From assembly GCA_031414955.1 (NCBI GenBank), contig JANOQV010000198.1, positions 1-29,061 of the forward strand: 29,061 nucleotides of DNA, written 5' to 3'. The notes beneath the pieces are model-generated. The model saw nothing but the letters and a program-made list of their open reading frames with translations, was not told where the DNA came from and searched no databases. Made by a program: the position numbers and the translations under genes. Shown here one piece after another: positions 18,001-24,326 of this stretch (the stretch's first letter is position 1; every line of letters begins with the position of its first letter). The DNA comes from Pedosphaera sp. GTDB taxonomy: Bacteria; Verrucomicrobiota; Verrucomicrobiia; Limisphaerales; SIBH01.

Positions 18001-19054
18001 ACTCGACCGAGGAGCCGCCGCCGCATTCGTAGAAGACCAGCCGCACCGCGTAATCGCCCGCCGCGAGGTTGAACGTCGCCAGCGTATCGCTCGGCCCGCG
18101 CGGCGGCGGATGGGCAAACGTGTTCGCGCCGAGATCCACGCGGAAGCCGTCGTCGCTGTTCACGCCGAAGGTCCAGAAGCCCGCCGTCGGGATGGTGATG
18201 ATGCCCGTGGCCTCGGTGACGAAGTTGTCCGCATCCACATTGATGGTCAGGCCGGGAAAGGTGAAGTCGCCGGCGAAGTTCGCGCCACTGCCGGTGTTTG
18301 CGTAGTTCACCACACCGCGCGTTTCGGTGAACACCGTGGCCTGCTGCGACGGCGTGACCAGCACCGAATCGGCCGTGCCGAGATCGCAGACGCCGACGTT
18401 GGCGCGGATGTTCCGGATGGCGAAGCCGGCCACGTAGGTCTCGTAGCCGACGCCATTGGTGCCCGCGAGCCAGCCCGTGGTGTTGTAGTTCGTGGCGATC
18501 CAGTTGGTGCCGAGCAGATTGTTGGTCGGGATGTAAACCAGCGCCGGGCCGGTGTTCGAGACGAGCTTGGTCACTTGCACGTTCTGGCCGAAGCCAAAGG
18601 AGATGTTCGGATACTGCTCGGAGAAGGTCGGCGCGAATTCGCTGGCGATGGTCACGCCGTCCGGATGCACCAGCGCGAGATACTCGCCACCAGCACTAAG
18701 GCTGAAGTTCGCGTGCAATCGCGCGCCCGGCACCGCGCGGTTCTTGCCCGAGGCGAAGACGATCAGGAATCCATTCGGCGGAACATTGGTGGCCGGGAGG
18801 CGCCACTTGGTCAGGTTGCCCGCGCTGTCGGTCAGGAACCAGCCGTCCATATTCACCGTGTTGGTGCCCGAGTTGAAAACTTCGATCCAGTCTGGCGAGT
18901 CGCCATCCTCGTCCTGCAACCCGCCGCTGTTCGAGGCCAGGAATTCGGAGATGAATACCGGCTCGGCCGCCTGGGCCGACCAGCGCGATGCAGCCAGCAG
19001 CAAGATGATAACCAACGAGAATTGATGCATGCCGAGAATGACTTTGAGTTTCAT
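12077..19054 (-). CDS. Giant exported protein: lamin-tail domains, PA14 x2, CotH-family kinase, Ig-like domains, DxDGDG repeats and a C-terminal domain
   Basis: About 2,325 aa from ATG 19054 (alternative 19030); signal peptide ending SAQA; four LTD starts (ISEFLASN, VTEIMYHP, INEILTH, INEVLYHP); CotH motifs YLNGIYWGLYNIGE, NTDWPGHN, WDAEWSF; PA14 motifs NSDDGFRV and TDDGGRLWVN; two DPDGSVxxVEF Ig-like repeats; I-set QWRFNG...GNY. Confidence 0.9.
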   Translation of the reverse strand: MKLKVILGMHQFSLVIILLLAASRWSAQAAEPVFISEFLASNSGGLQDEDGDSPDWIEVFNSGTNTVNMDGWFLTDSAGNLTKWRLPATNVPPNGFLIVFASGKNRAVPGARLHANFSLSAGGEYLALVHPDGVTIASEFAPTFSEQYPNISFGFGQNVQVTKLVSNTGPALVYIPTNNLLGTNWIATNYNTTGWLAGTNGVGYETYVAGFAIRNIRANVGVCDLGTADSVLVTPSQQATVFTETRGVVNYANTGSGANFAGDFTFPGLTINVDADNFVTEATGIITIPTAGFWTFGVNSDDGFRVDLGANTFAHPPPRGPSDTLATFNLAAGDYAVRLVFYECGGGSSVEFFAAQGSFGGFNASFRLVGDTASGGLAVRSLPTGSQSSLRPLIATDVQTNMLNKSSSAYIRLPFDVVNPAALSTLTLRMKYDDGFVAWLNGTEIARRTVPGGTLSWNSVASANRPSTNALAYEDINVSGALGLLRPGSNVLAIHGLTYNFNAPDFLMLAELVENKVLGQTNHYFATPSPGAVNGSGFFAFVENLKFNQGRGWFDTTNFSVTITSATPGITIRYTTNGSAPGGTNGFIYTAGGIPVGGTTLIRAIGSRDGFEPTEVETHSYIFLNNVQAQSTNGNWVGGSSENYTLSTNVTLSALYHPTFKNDLLGVPTLSIVMDWADIFGPSGVWSNPQAEGVAWERPCSLEYMRPDGEKGFSVNAGIRIQGGASRGLVGKHGMRVLFKQIYGPGKLDYPLYPDSSVQEFDTLTLHASFNDQWIWGGGSAEMQRDQWCRDAQNDMGGFGPHGTYAHLYLNGIYWGLYNIGEKGDASYAAHHLGGEKEEYDAFNSDELVDGTVDAWNTMHGLANTGITNDSVYTNISQYLNMPNFIDYMMMNFYSANTDWPGHNWNAARRRLPGAGFHFFCWDAEWSFGIGNDVNTDRTGLSDGSPGRLYAALRAHPEFRREFGDHAQKHLLNGGALTPVVSDARWMKRATEIDRAIVAESARWGNGNTRATWIAAQNAVRSWFPQRSAILLNQLRNAGLFPQLNAPTFAPFGGLVPPGYALALTNPNPSGTIYYSLNGPDPRVWGGALANPVQAYTTPLVLTNAALLRARVRDGTNWSALVEATFYVVQDFAGFKVTEIMYHPSDFGTNNSDEVEFLELKNTGTNTFDFSGLQFTDGITFSFTNGTKLLPGAFFVLARNAAVFASKYPGVPVNGIYTGKLDNGGERLTLAHVLATNVFSFSYNNAVPWPITPDGYGFSLVPANPNGDPALPQSWRPSANLGGSPGTDDPVVSIAGIVINEILTHTDPPLMDAIELFNPAATNVNIGGWYLSDDAGSPKKFRVPNGTVINAGGFVVFYETNFNATPGVPPSFALNSHGESLFLFSGDTGTNLTGYSHSIDYGASANGVSFGRYLNSTGDEDWPALSSLTLGAANAAPRVGPLVINEVLYHPAIGYDEFVEIYNLSGTNVTLYDALFPTNSWKLSGLNYTFSNNVSVPPGGYLLVVPIDPASFRTKYAIAPAVQIVGPFPGVLQDSGERLRLERPDSPDTNGTPYLVTDEVRYNDKLPWPTGADGDGPSIQRTAPTLYGNEPLNWFASGITPGATNVFNQSPTVAIVSPTNGASFEVPANILLTASASDPDGSVVRVEFYEGDIQLGQVTNAPFTFVWSGAGVGAHEVVAKARDNGLAVTVSLPVTITVTPPPIGGGTGLRGDYFDNADFTGTRVRRVDPVVSFDWGGGSPDPAIGAEQFSARWTGQVQPRFSESYTFFTTTDDGGRLWVNNQLIIDRWQDQGPTEWSGVIALQAGQLYDIRMEYYENGGGAAAYLRWSSPNTIYETIPSAQLYPPLSSNLPPFVALSSPATGAMFVAGAPIGLAANATDPDGSVAKVEFFANGVKLGEDTTTPFAFSWPNSAAGDYSLSAIATDDSSIARTSAPVSISVVAGFASNVTLIATGSGWKYLDNGTDQGGAWPAIGFNDSGWSNGPAQLGYGDGDEATVVGFGPNSGAKYITTYFRRAIVVTNYAAFSELSLRLLRDDGGVVYLNGSEVYRNNMPGGAIGYTTVALGSVPDEGTYYSSPVNPGYLVPGTNIVAVEIHQANGTSSDLSFDFELTGVLSFVAPYFTAQPQSLNVGAGSNATFSATVGGSAPLSFQWRFNGTNIANATNTTYVRSNAQPAHAGNYLLVATNLAGASTSSVAVLTVITSDTDGDGLPDAWELSHGLNPNSGSDANLDPDGDGMTNLQEFRAGTDPQNAASVLKLLVTSFRPLQLQFTAQTNRTYAVQFNSIMGTQAWSVLSNITAKSTVRTIVVTDPALSTNQVRFYRAVTP

Positions 19055-19394
19055 GAATGTGACCGGGAAAAATGCAGCCACAAAATAGGTGGTCGCAATC
19101 CAACCGGGAGTTCGCCAATGAATCAGAGAACCCGCCGCCGCGCAATGGATCGATGCATGGCTGGGGGTGAGGGTCGATGGGGCCTCTGCGGAGGTGGTTT
19201 GGAGGTTGCCCTTGCCCAAAAAACATTCGAGGGCCGGCCTGCGGCGCCGACTCCGCCGCACAAGAGATCCATCTTGGGCGAGGCTTGCACACCTTCGCCA
19301 CGGCCGGACGACGCCCCCCAACTCCAAGCCCAAGCCTGGTTGGGGGAGGCGGGTCGCCGGGAGACAGTGACCGCGAGGTTTCGCTCGCGCGGAG

Positions 19395-19706
19395 TCAGGC
19401 CCGCGGAGCGCCCGCGTCCGGAGGCGTCAGCCGCAGCACGACTTCCTTCATCTCCTTGCCCGCCTTGAACTTGACCACGGCCCGCGCGGGAATCGGATAA
19501 TGCTTGGTCGGATCGCTGGGATTGCGCCCGATGCGCGCCTTGCGGAACCGCACTTCGAACACGCCGAAGTTGCGCAATTCGACGCCCTCGCCACGGCTGA
19601 GGCTGGCCACGATGCCATCGAAAGTTTTTTGCACGACGTCCGCGACCTGCGCCTGCACCAAGCCCGTCGCTTCGCTGATATTCTCCACCAGATCTCGTTT
19701 CGTCAT
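19395..19706 (-). CDS. HU/IHF family DNA-binding protein
   Basis: MTKRDLV...VELRNFGVFEV...RKARIGRNP...IPARAVVKFKAGKEMK. Confidence 0.95.
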   Translation of the reverse strand: MTKRDLVENISEATGLVQAQVADVVQKTFDGIVASLSRGEGVELRNFGVFEVRFRKARIGRNPSDPTKHYPIPARAVVKFKAGKEMKEVVLRLTPPDAGAPRA

Positions 19707-19843
19707 AAGCCCATGAGTTGAAGTTTAACGACCCTGAACCGGCATGGAGGCGATTTAGCTCTCGGTGTCGCGCGCGGTCAAGTGGCGAAAACCACTCATT
19801 TTCGGGACGATGGCAGGGTGCGGCCGCAGAGCGCGGCGGGAAC

Positions 19844-20137
19844 TCAACTCTCGATGACGTTGATCTCGACCGGTTCGACGTTAATGCCTTTTTTCTCCAG
19901 CCACTTGATGGCGGCTTTGATCTGGATGCGGCTGCCCTCGAGTTCGAGGCACACGATGCCGATCTCATCCGTGACGCTGGCCTGGCGGACGTTGGTCGTG
20001 AGGGGAAACTTGTGGCTGAGTTCCCAGATGACGGGCGTCTGGATCAGCTTGGGCGGAAACATGAGCCAGAGGCGGCTCTGCTGTTTTTCGTTGGCCGGAG
20101 CCTGGGGCGGGGTGGCTTTCTTTTTCTTGCTGGGCAT
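19844..20137 (-). CDS. Stand-alone NIL-domain protein
   Basis: LMFPPKLIQTPVIWELSHKFPLTTNVRQASV...GIVCLELEG...AIKWLEKKGINVE matches the NIL (ACT-like, MetN C-terminal) pattern. Confidence 0.82.
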   Translation of the reverse strand: MPSKKKKATPPQAPANEKQQSRLWLMFPPKLIQTPVIWELSHKFPLTTNVRQASVTDEIGIVCLELEGSRIQIKAAIKWLEKKGINVEPVEINVIES

Positions 20138-20167
20138 GGGTGTTCCGCGTTTCGAGTTTTGAGTTGG

Positions 20168-20443
20168 TTAGCCGCCGGCGATCGCCGGAATGATGCTCAC
20201 TTCGTCGCCATCCTTGAGCACGGTCTGCTGATTCTGGAGAAAGCGGATGTCCTCCTCGTTGACATAGACATTCACGAAACGGCGCACCGCCCCGGTCTCA
20301 TCGACGAGGCGTTCCTTGATGCCGGGAAACTGTCCCTGCAATTCGCCAATCGCGCCGCTGATGGTGGTGGCCATGACCTCGACGACCTCCTGGTCGTTGG
20401 TCAGCTTGCGAAGCGGGGTCGGGATTCGGACTTTGACTGCCAT
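20168..20443 (-). CDS. MoaD/ThiS/CysO-family ubiquitin-like sulfur carrier
   Basis: 91 aa beta-grasp pattern VRIPTPLRKLT...RFVNVYVNEEDIRFL...DGDEVSIIPAIAGG with a free C-terminal Gly-Gly. Confidence 0.93.
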   Translation of the reverse strand: MAVKVRIPTPLRKLTNDQEVVEVMATTISGAIGELQGQFPGIKERLVDETGAVRRFVNVYVNEEDIRFLQNQQTVLKDGDEVSIIPAIAGG

Positions 20444-20511
20444 AATTCTCTATTTGTTTGGGGCGCAATGTTTGGCAAGCACCGTGGTGAAGCAAGCCGC
20501 AATTCTACCCC

Positions 20512-20535
20512 GGGAACGCCGGCCTCTTGTCGGCG
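20512..20535. repeat. Single REP-like hairpin resembling an arm of the 12016-12071 element
   Basis: GGGAACGCCGGCCTCTTGTCGGCG: CGCCGGC/GTCGGCG stem with a 5-nt loop. Confidence 0.4.
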
Positions 20536-20617
20536 AGCAACCTGTCTGCTCCGGCCTGGCCCCTCGCCAATGGTCCACACCTTCCATCGCTTGCGCCCCA
20601 TCATTCCGCCGCCGGGA

Positions 20618-22405
20618 TTACGGGTCGGCTCGCAGGCGGAAAAATTCGTTCGTGGCCGCGAGGCCGGGGCGGACCACGTTGCGCCGTCCGGCGCGCTGGA
20701 GGGAGTTGGTCACGGGCCACCAGGCCGCCCCCGCCACCGTCGGCGCGCTCACCAACGAATACGCGGGCCACGAGGTGGGCCAGGAAACCTCGGCCCCGCC
20801 CGCGCGGCGGGCGATACGCAGCGGCGGGCGCACCGTGGCGGGCTGCGTCTTGTCGATGGTGAAGAAATCATCCACCACGCCCGAGGGGCGGAGGAATCGC
20901 AGGTCGAGCTTCAAGCCATCGACTCGCAGCAAGAGTGAGCCGAAGCCGCTCAAACTTTTCGCCATCGCGGGATGGGTGCCGTAGAAAAAACTGCCCGGCC
21001 CGCCCTCGCCCGAGCAGCCACAGACGGCGTAAACCGCGCCGCGATGTGCGCCGAGTCCCCCCGCCGGCTTTACATACGCCCCGCCTTCGTTGGTCCGCCC
21101 GAGCCCGCCATCAAGCACGAACGAGGAGTGGAAGGAATTCGTCGGGCCGTAATGGCCGTCGAGGAGGAAGGATCGTTCGTACACATGGCTGTGGCCGGTG
21201 AGCACGAGGTCCACGCCGAAATCTTCGAGCAGCGGGAGCAGGTGTTGCCTCATCTGCACCATTTCAAATTCGGTGTCGGAATTGTGGGTGCCTTTGCTGT
21301 AGGGCGGGTGGTGCCAGAAGGCGATGATCCAGTCCCGTTCCGTGGCGGCGAGGTCTTCGTGCAACCAGGCAAACATGGCCCCGTTGGTCGAGCGGTTCGA
21401 GGTCATCGAGTCGAGGCAGACGAAGTGGATGTTCGCGTGATCGAAGGAGTAATATCGTTCCGTGCCTGAAGGCACGCCGCCCGCCTCGCCTTGCGTCGGC
21501 AGCGTGAAAATGTCCAGGTAAGGAATGTGACCATCGGGAGCAGGTTGACCGGCGTCGTGGTTGCCGATGGTCGGCCAGAGCGGCACCTGTGGCAGAATGC
21601 TGGCATACACGTCGAACATTCCGCTCTGGTACTCATCCTCCGTGCCCACCTCGTAGGCATTGTCGCCCAGCATGATCCAAAGGTCGGTCTCGGACGGGTC
21701 TTGCGCGGCCAGGAAGGCGTCGCGCACGGCGGCCTGGTTTTCACTGCCGTTGCCGGCGTCGCCGATGACCCAAATGTTCACCGGCCGGACATGGGTGGAC
21801 GCGGTGCGAAAGGTGAACTGCGCATAGTCCGCTTCAAATATCTGCGCGTCCGTGGCCAGCTCGTAATAGTAGCGGGTGTCGGGTTGCAACCCGGCGAGCA
21901 AGACCGAATGCTCGTTGGTCCGAGCGTGATTGGTCACGCTGAGAGCCAGCGGGAAATTGAGGCCGTAGCGCACGATGCTGTTGGTCGGCCAGTCGGTGCG
22001 CCAGCGCAGCACCAGGCCGGTGGCCGATCCGGATTGAAGGTACGGCCCGCGCAGCAAGTTGACCGGAAACTCGCCCCCGACCTGGAAGAAAGCAGGAGCC
22101 GAGAGCGTGGAGTAGCCGACGTTGTCGGTAGCCAGCGCGCGGACCATGTGCCGGCCCGGAAACAAAAACACCGAGGAGACCCACGGCTCCTCAAAGGCCG
22201 GATCGGCGAGTTGGCCATCCACGTAGTAATCGACCCGCGCCACGTAGCCATCTGGGTCGCTGGCCTGGGCCGACAGGTAAACGAAGCCTGATTCCAGAGT
22301 CTGACCGTTCTGGGGCGAAGTCACCACCACCACCGGCCAGGGTTGGGCCCAAAGCGTTCCGGCGGGCACGAGCAGCAGGAGCAGCTTGGCGAGTCTCATT
22401 TTCAT
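20618..22405 (-). CDS. Exported purple acid phosphatase-family metallophosphoesterase with Ig-like and FN3-like domains
   Basis: Signal peptide MKMRLAKLLLLLVPAGTLWA; all five PAP blocks (GDAG, GDNAY, GNHD, FWHHPPY, GHSH); RGPYLQ...GLQPDTRYYY FN3-like segment. Confidence 0.9.
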   Translation of the reverse strand: MKMRLAKLLLLLVPAGTLWAQPWPVVVVTSPQNGQTLESGFVYLSAQASDPDGYVARVDYYVDGQLADPAFEEPWVSSVFLFPGRHMVRALATDNVGYSTLSAPAFFQVGGEFPVNLLRGPYLQSGSATGLVLRWRTDWPTNSIVRYGLNFPLALSVTNHARTNEHSVLLAGLQPDTRYYYELATDAQIFEADYAQFTFRTASTHVRPVNIWVIGDAGNGSENQAAVRDAFLAAQDPSETDLWIMLGDNAYEVGTEDEYQSGMFDVYASILPQVPLWPTIGNHDAGQPAPDGHIPYLDIFTLPTQGEAGGVPSGTERYYSFDHANIHFVCLDSMTSNRSTNGAMFAWLHEDLAATERDWIIAFWHHPPYSKGTHNSDTEFEMVQMRQHLLPLLEDFGVDLVLTGHSHVYERSFLLDGHYGPTNSFHSSFVLDGGLGRTNEGGAYVKPAGGLGAHRGAVYAVCGCSGEGGPGSFFYGTHPAMAKSLSGFGSLLLRVDGLKLDLRFLRPSGVVDDFFTIDKTQPATVRPPLRIARRAGGAEVSWPTSWPAYSLVSAPTVAGAAWWPVTNSLQRAGRRNVVRPGLAATNEFFRLRADP

Positions 22406-22797
22406 GGGGAACGGCCCCAGGCTAGCCCGGCCCAGGACGGGCGGCAATGTGGCAAATGACCTGTCGAAGCGCCCGGTTCGAGCGGGCGAACGCCAGTTTC
22501 AAACCCGGGCCGAGCTGCGGTCATCGCGCTTTCCTTTGACCGGGCGACTCAATCAGGGCGGGACCGCTTTTACGCGCGCATGAACACCCGGAACAGCACG
22601 GCTCCATACCGCAGCCTTGGCTCGTGCCGCCCTGGCTGAACCGACTTGAAGTCGCACGTCCGCGCCCGGCTGCGGTAGGTGGCCTGGAAGACGTGCCTGC
22701 CCCAACTGATGCAGGTGGCTGCCTCCGACTCCGGCCCGCTCTACAGACAGGTGGGCGCGCGCGACTGGAAGGAATCCGGAACATTGCTCAGAGGGAT

Positions 22798-24276
22798 CTA
22801 TCTTTTTGATTGCGGACGCACTGTGAGAAGAGCGACGGACGGGGGTGGAAGCCTAAGTGTTAGCTCTGAGTCGGTGAGCGCCGCGCCAGGGCGAAGCTCG
22901 AACGCGTGCTGGTCATCCACAATGTGCAGTGTGACCGCTGTGTCTCCCGTCCACGGAAGGTTGGTGATCGACAGCCGGATTTCCTCCGCGCCCGACAGAT
23001 TGGCGACCAGCACGGCGGCCTGCGTGTTTCCAGTTCTGCGCCCGGCGGCAAGGGCCAGCTTTCCGGGCACGGCTCCAGTGGTGCGGACGCGGCGCGGTGT
23101 TTCGAGCAATTGGCTGAAGGCCAGCATCGCATGGTAATTGCGCGTCGGTGCGCCGACTTCGGTGAAGAGGCCGAAGATGCCCGTCTCGCCGTGGTAGAAA
23201 TTGCACACGTCCACCGCCGCATCCTGAAGTTCGATCAGCGACGCGACGAGGAACGCGCCACCCGCCGCACCGGCCATCTGCTCCACGCCGTGTTGCCGAA
23301 CCTCGGGCGAGGCCTTGCGCGACAGCACATCCCAGGAATTGTCGGGCAGATAATTCCACTCGTTGAGATGGCTCTCGGTTTCGGAAAAACCGCGCGCATC
23401 GAGTACGCGGCGCACGGCACGGGCGCGGGCGGCGAGTTCGGACGGGTTGTCCGTGTAGCCATGCCACGAGAAGAAATTCAACGGCAGCTTTTCACTCCGA
23501 CAGAGATCGAGAAACGCGGCACAGAACCCCGAAAGCTTCAGCTCTTTGCCATCGAACTTGCCGTAGTAGCCGAAGCCCGGGCCGCCAATCTTGATGCCGG
23601 GAAATTCCTTCCGCAGCGTGCGCGCCGTCACGCGATACAGTTCGAGAAACTGCGCGTCGGTGCCCGTCCACATCACGGGACGGTTCTCCGGCTCGTTCCA
23701 GATTTCCCAGTAACGGATGCCGTAACGAAAGCCGTTCGCCCAGCCCTCGTTGTAGTGGCGCACGATGCCGGCGCACACCGCCGCCCAGCGCGCCGGGTCG
23801 CGCGGCGGATGCACATGACGCTTCACCGTCTGGTGTTCGATGCTTTCGCCGAGCCGGTAGATGATCTCCGCTCCCGTCGCGCGCACGGCGGCGACGTATT
23901 CATCGGTGCCGCGGAAGTCGTAGCTCGCGGGCAGGGACGGATCGGCCTCCGGATTCGGGAACACCGCATGCACATCCACGATGGCGGGATTGGGATGATG
24001 GCAGTCGTGCAACCGCGTCGAAGGCACGCGCAATCGCTTCTGCGCCTCGGTTACATCGATCAAACCATTCGCGCTAAGCGGACCTTTGTTGATGCCGTGC
24101 AACGCGCGCAGTTCACCCTGCGCCACCGCAAAGTCCACCGTGAGGCGGTGCGGCTCGGCCGCGTGCATGCTGGCGGCAACGAAACCCGCACTCCCAAGAA
24201 TCGCGACGACCAGGCGACCGACAAACTTCCGAATGCCCGCCCAGGGGCGCAAGAGGGTTGGTCGTTTCATGGGCAT
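22798..24276 (-). CDS. GH39-like (clan GH-A) glycoside hydrolase, exported
   Basis: WEIWNEPEN acid/base, IKIGGP, FFSWHGY and HLNEWNY nucleophile; hydrophobic N-terminal segment; start 24276 or 24270. Confidence 0.8.
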   Translation of the reverse strand: MPMKRPTLLRPWAGIRKFVGRLVVAILGSAGFVAASMHAAEPHRLTVDFAVAQGELRALHGINKGPLSANGLIDVTEAQKRLRVPSTRLHDCHHPNPAIVDVHAVFPNPEADPSLPASYDFRGTDEYVAAVRATGAEIIYRLGESIEHQTVKRHVHPPRDPARWAAVCAGIVRHYNEGWANGFRYGIRYWEIWNEPENRPVMWTGTDAQFLELYRVTARTLRKEFPGIKIGGPGFGYYGKFDGKELKLSGFCAAFLDLCRSEKLPLNFFSWHGYTDNPSELAARARAVRRVLDARGFSETESHLNEWNYLPDNSWDVLSRKASPEVRQHGVEQMAGAAGGAFLVASLIELQDAAVDVCNFYHGETGIFGLFTEVGAPTRNYHAMLAFSQLLETPRRVRTTGAVPGKLALAAGRRTGNTQAAVLVANLSGAEEIRLSITNLPWTGDTAVTLHIVDDQHAFELRPGAALTDSELTLRLPPPSVALLTVRPQSKR

Positions 24277-24326
24277 TCAGACGCGTCGGTGGCGGGCTCC
24301 TTCAATCAACGGCGACAGCTCTTAAC

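Noticed and set aside
19055..19333. 93-aa N-terminal extension of the 2,418-aa ORF
   Set aside because: It is not protein-like and precedes a clear signal peptide starting at 19054/19030; more likely untranslated.
19240..19394. Riboswitch or ncRNA upstream of the giant gene
   Set aside because: Only short GC-rich hairpins (e.g. TGCGGCG/CGCCGCA at 19240-19260) with no aptamer consensus I recognise; an Rfam scan would be needed.
20168..20443. Ubiquitin-like anti-phage system (Bil/Bub/CBASS type)
   Set aside because: No E1, E2, JAB or cyclase genes are adjacent, and the protein looks like a housekeeping MoaD/CysO carrier.
19055..22797. Sigma-54 (-24/-12) promoters in the spacers
   Set aside because: By-eye candidates (near 19285 and 20475) lack the GG or have the GG-to-GC spacing off by one.
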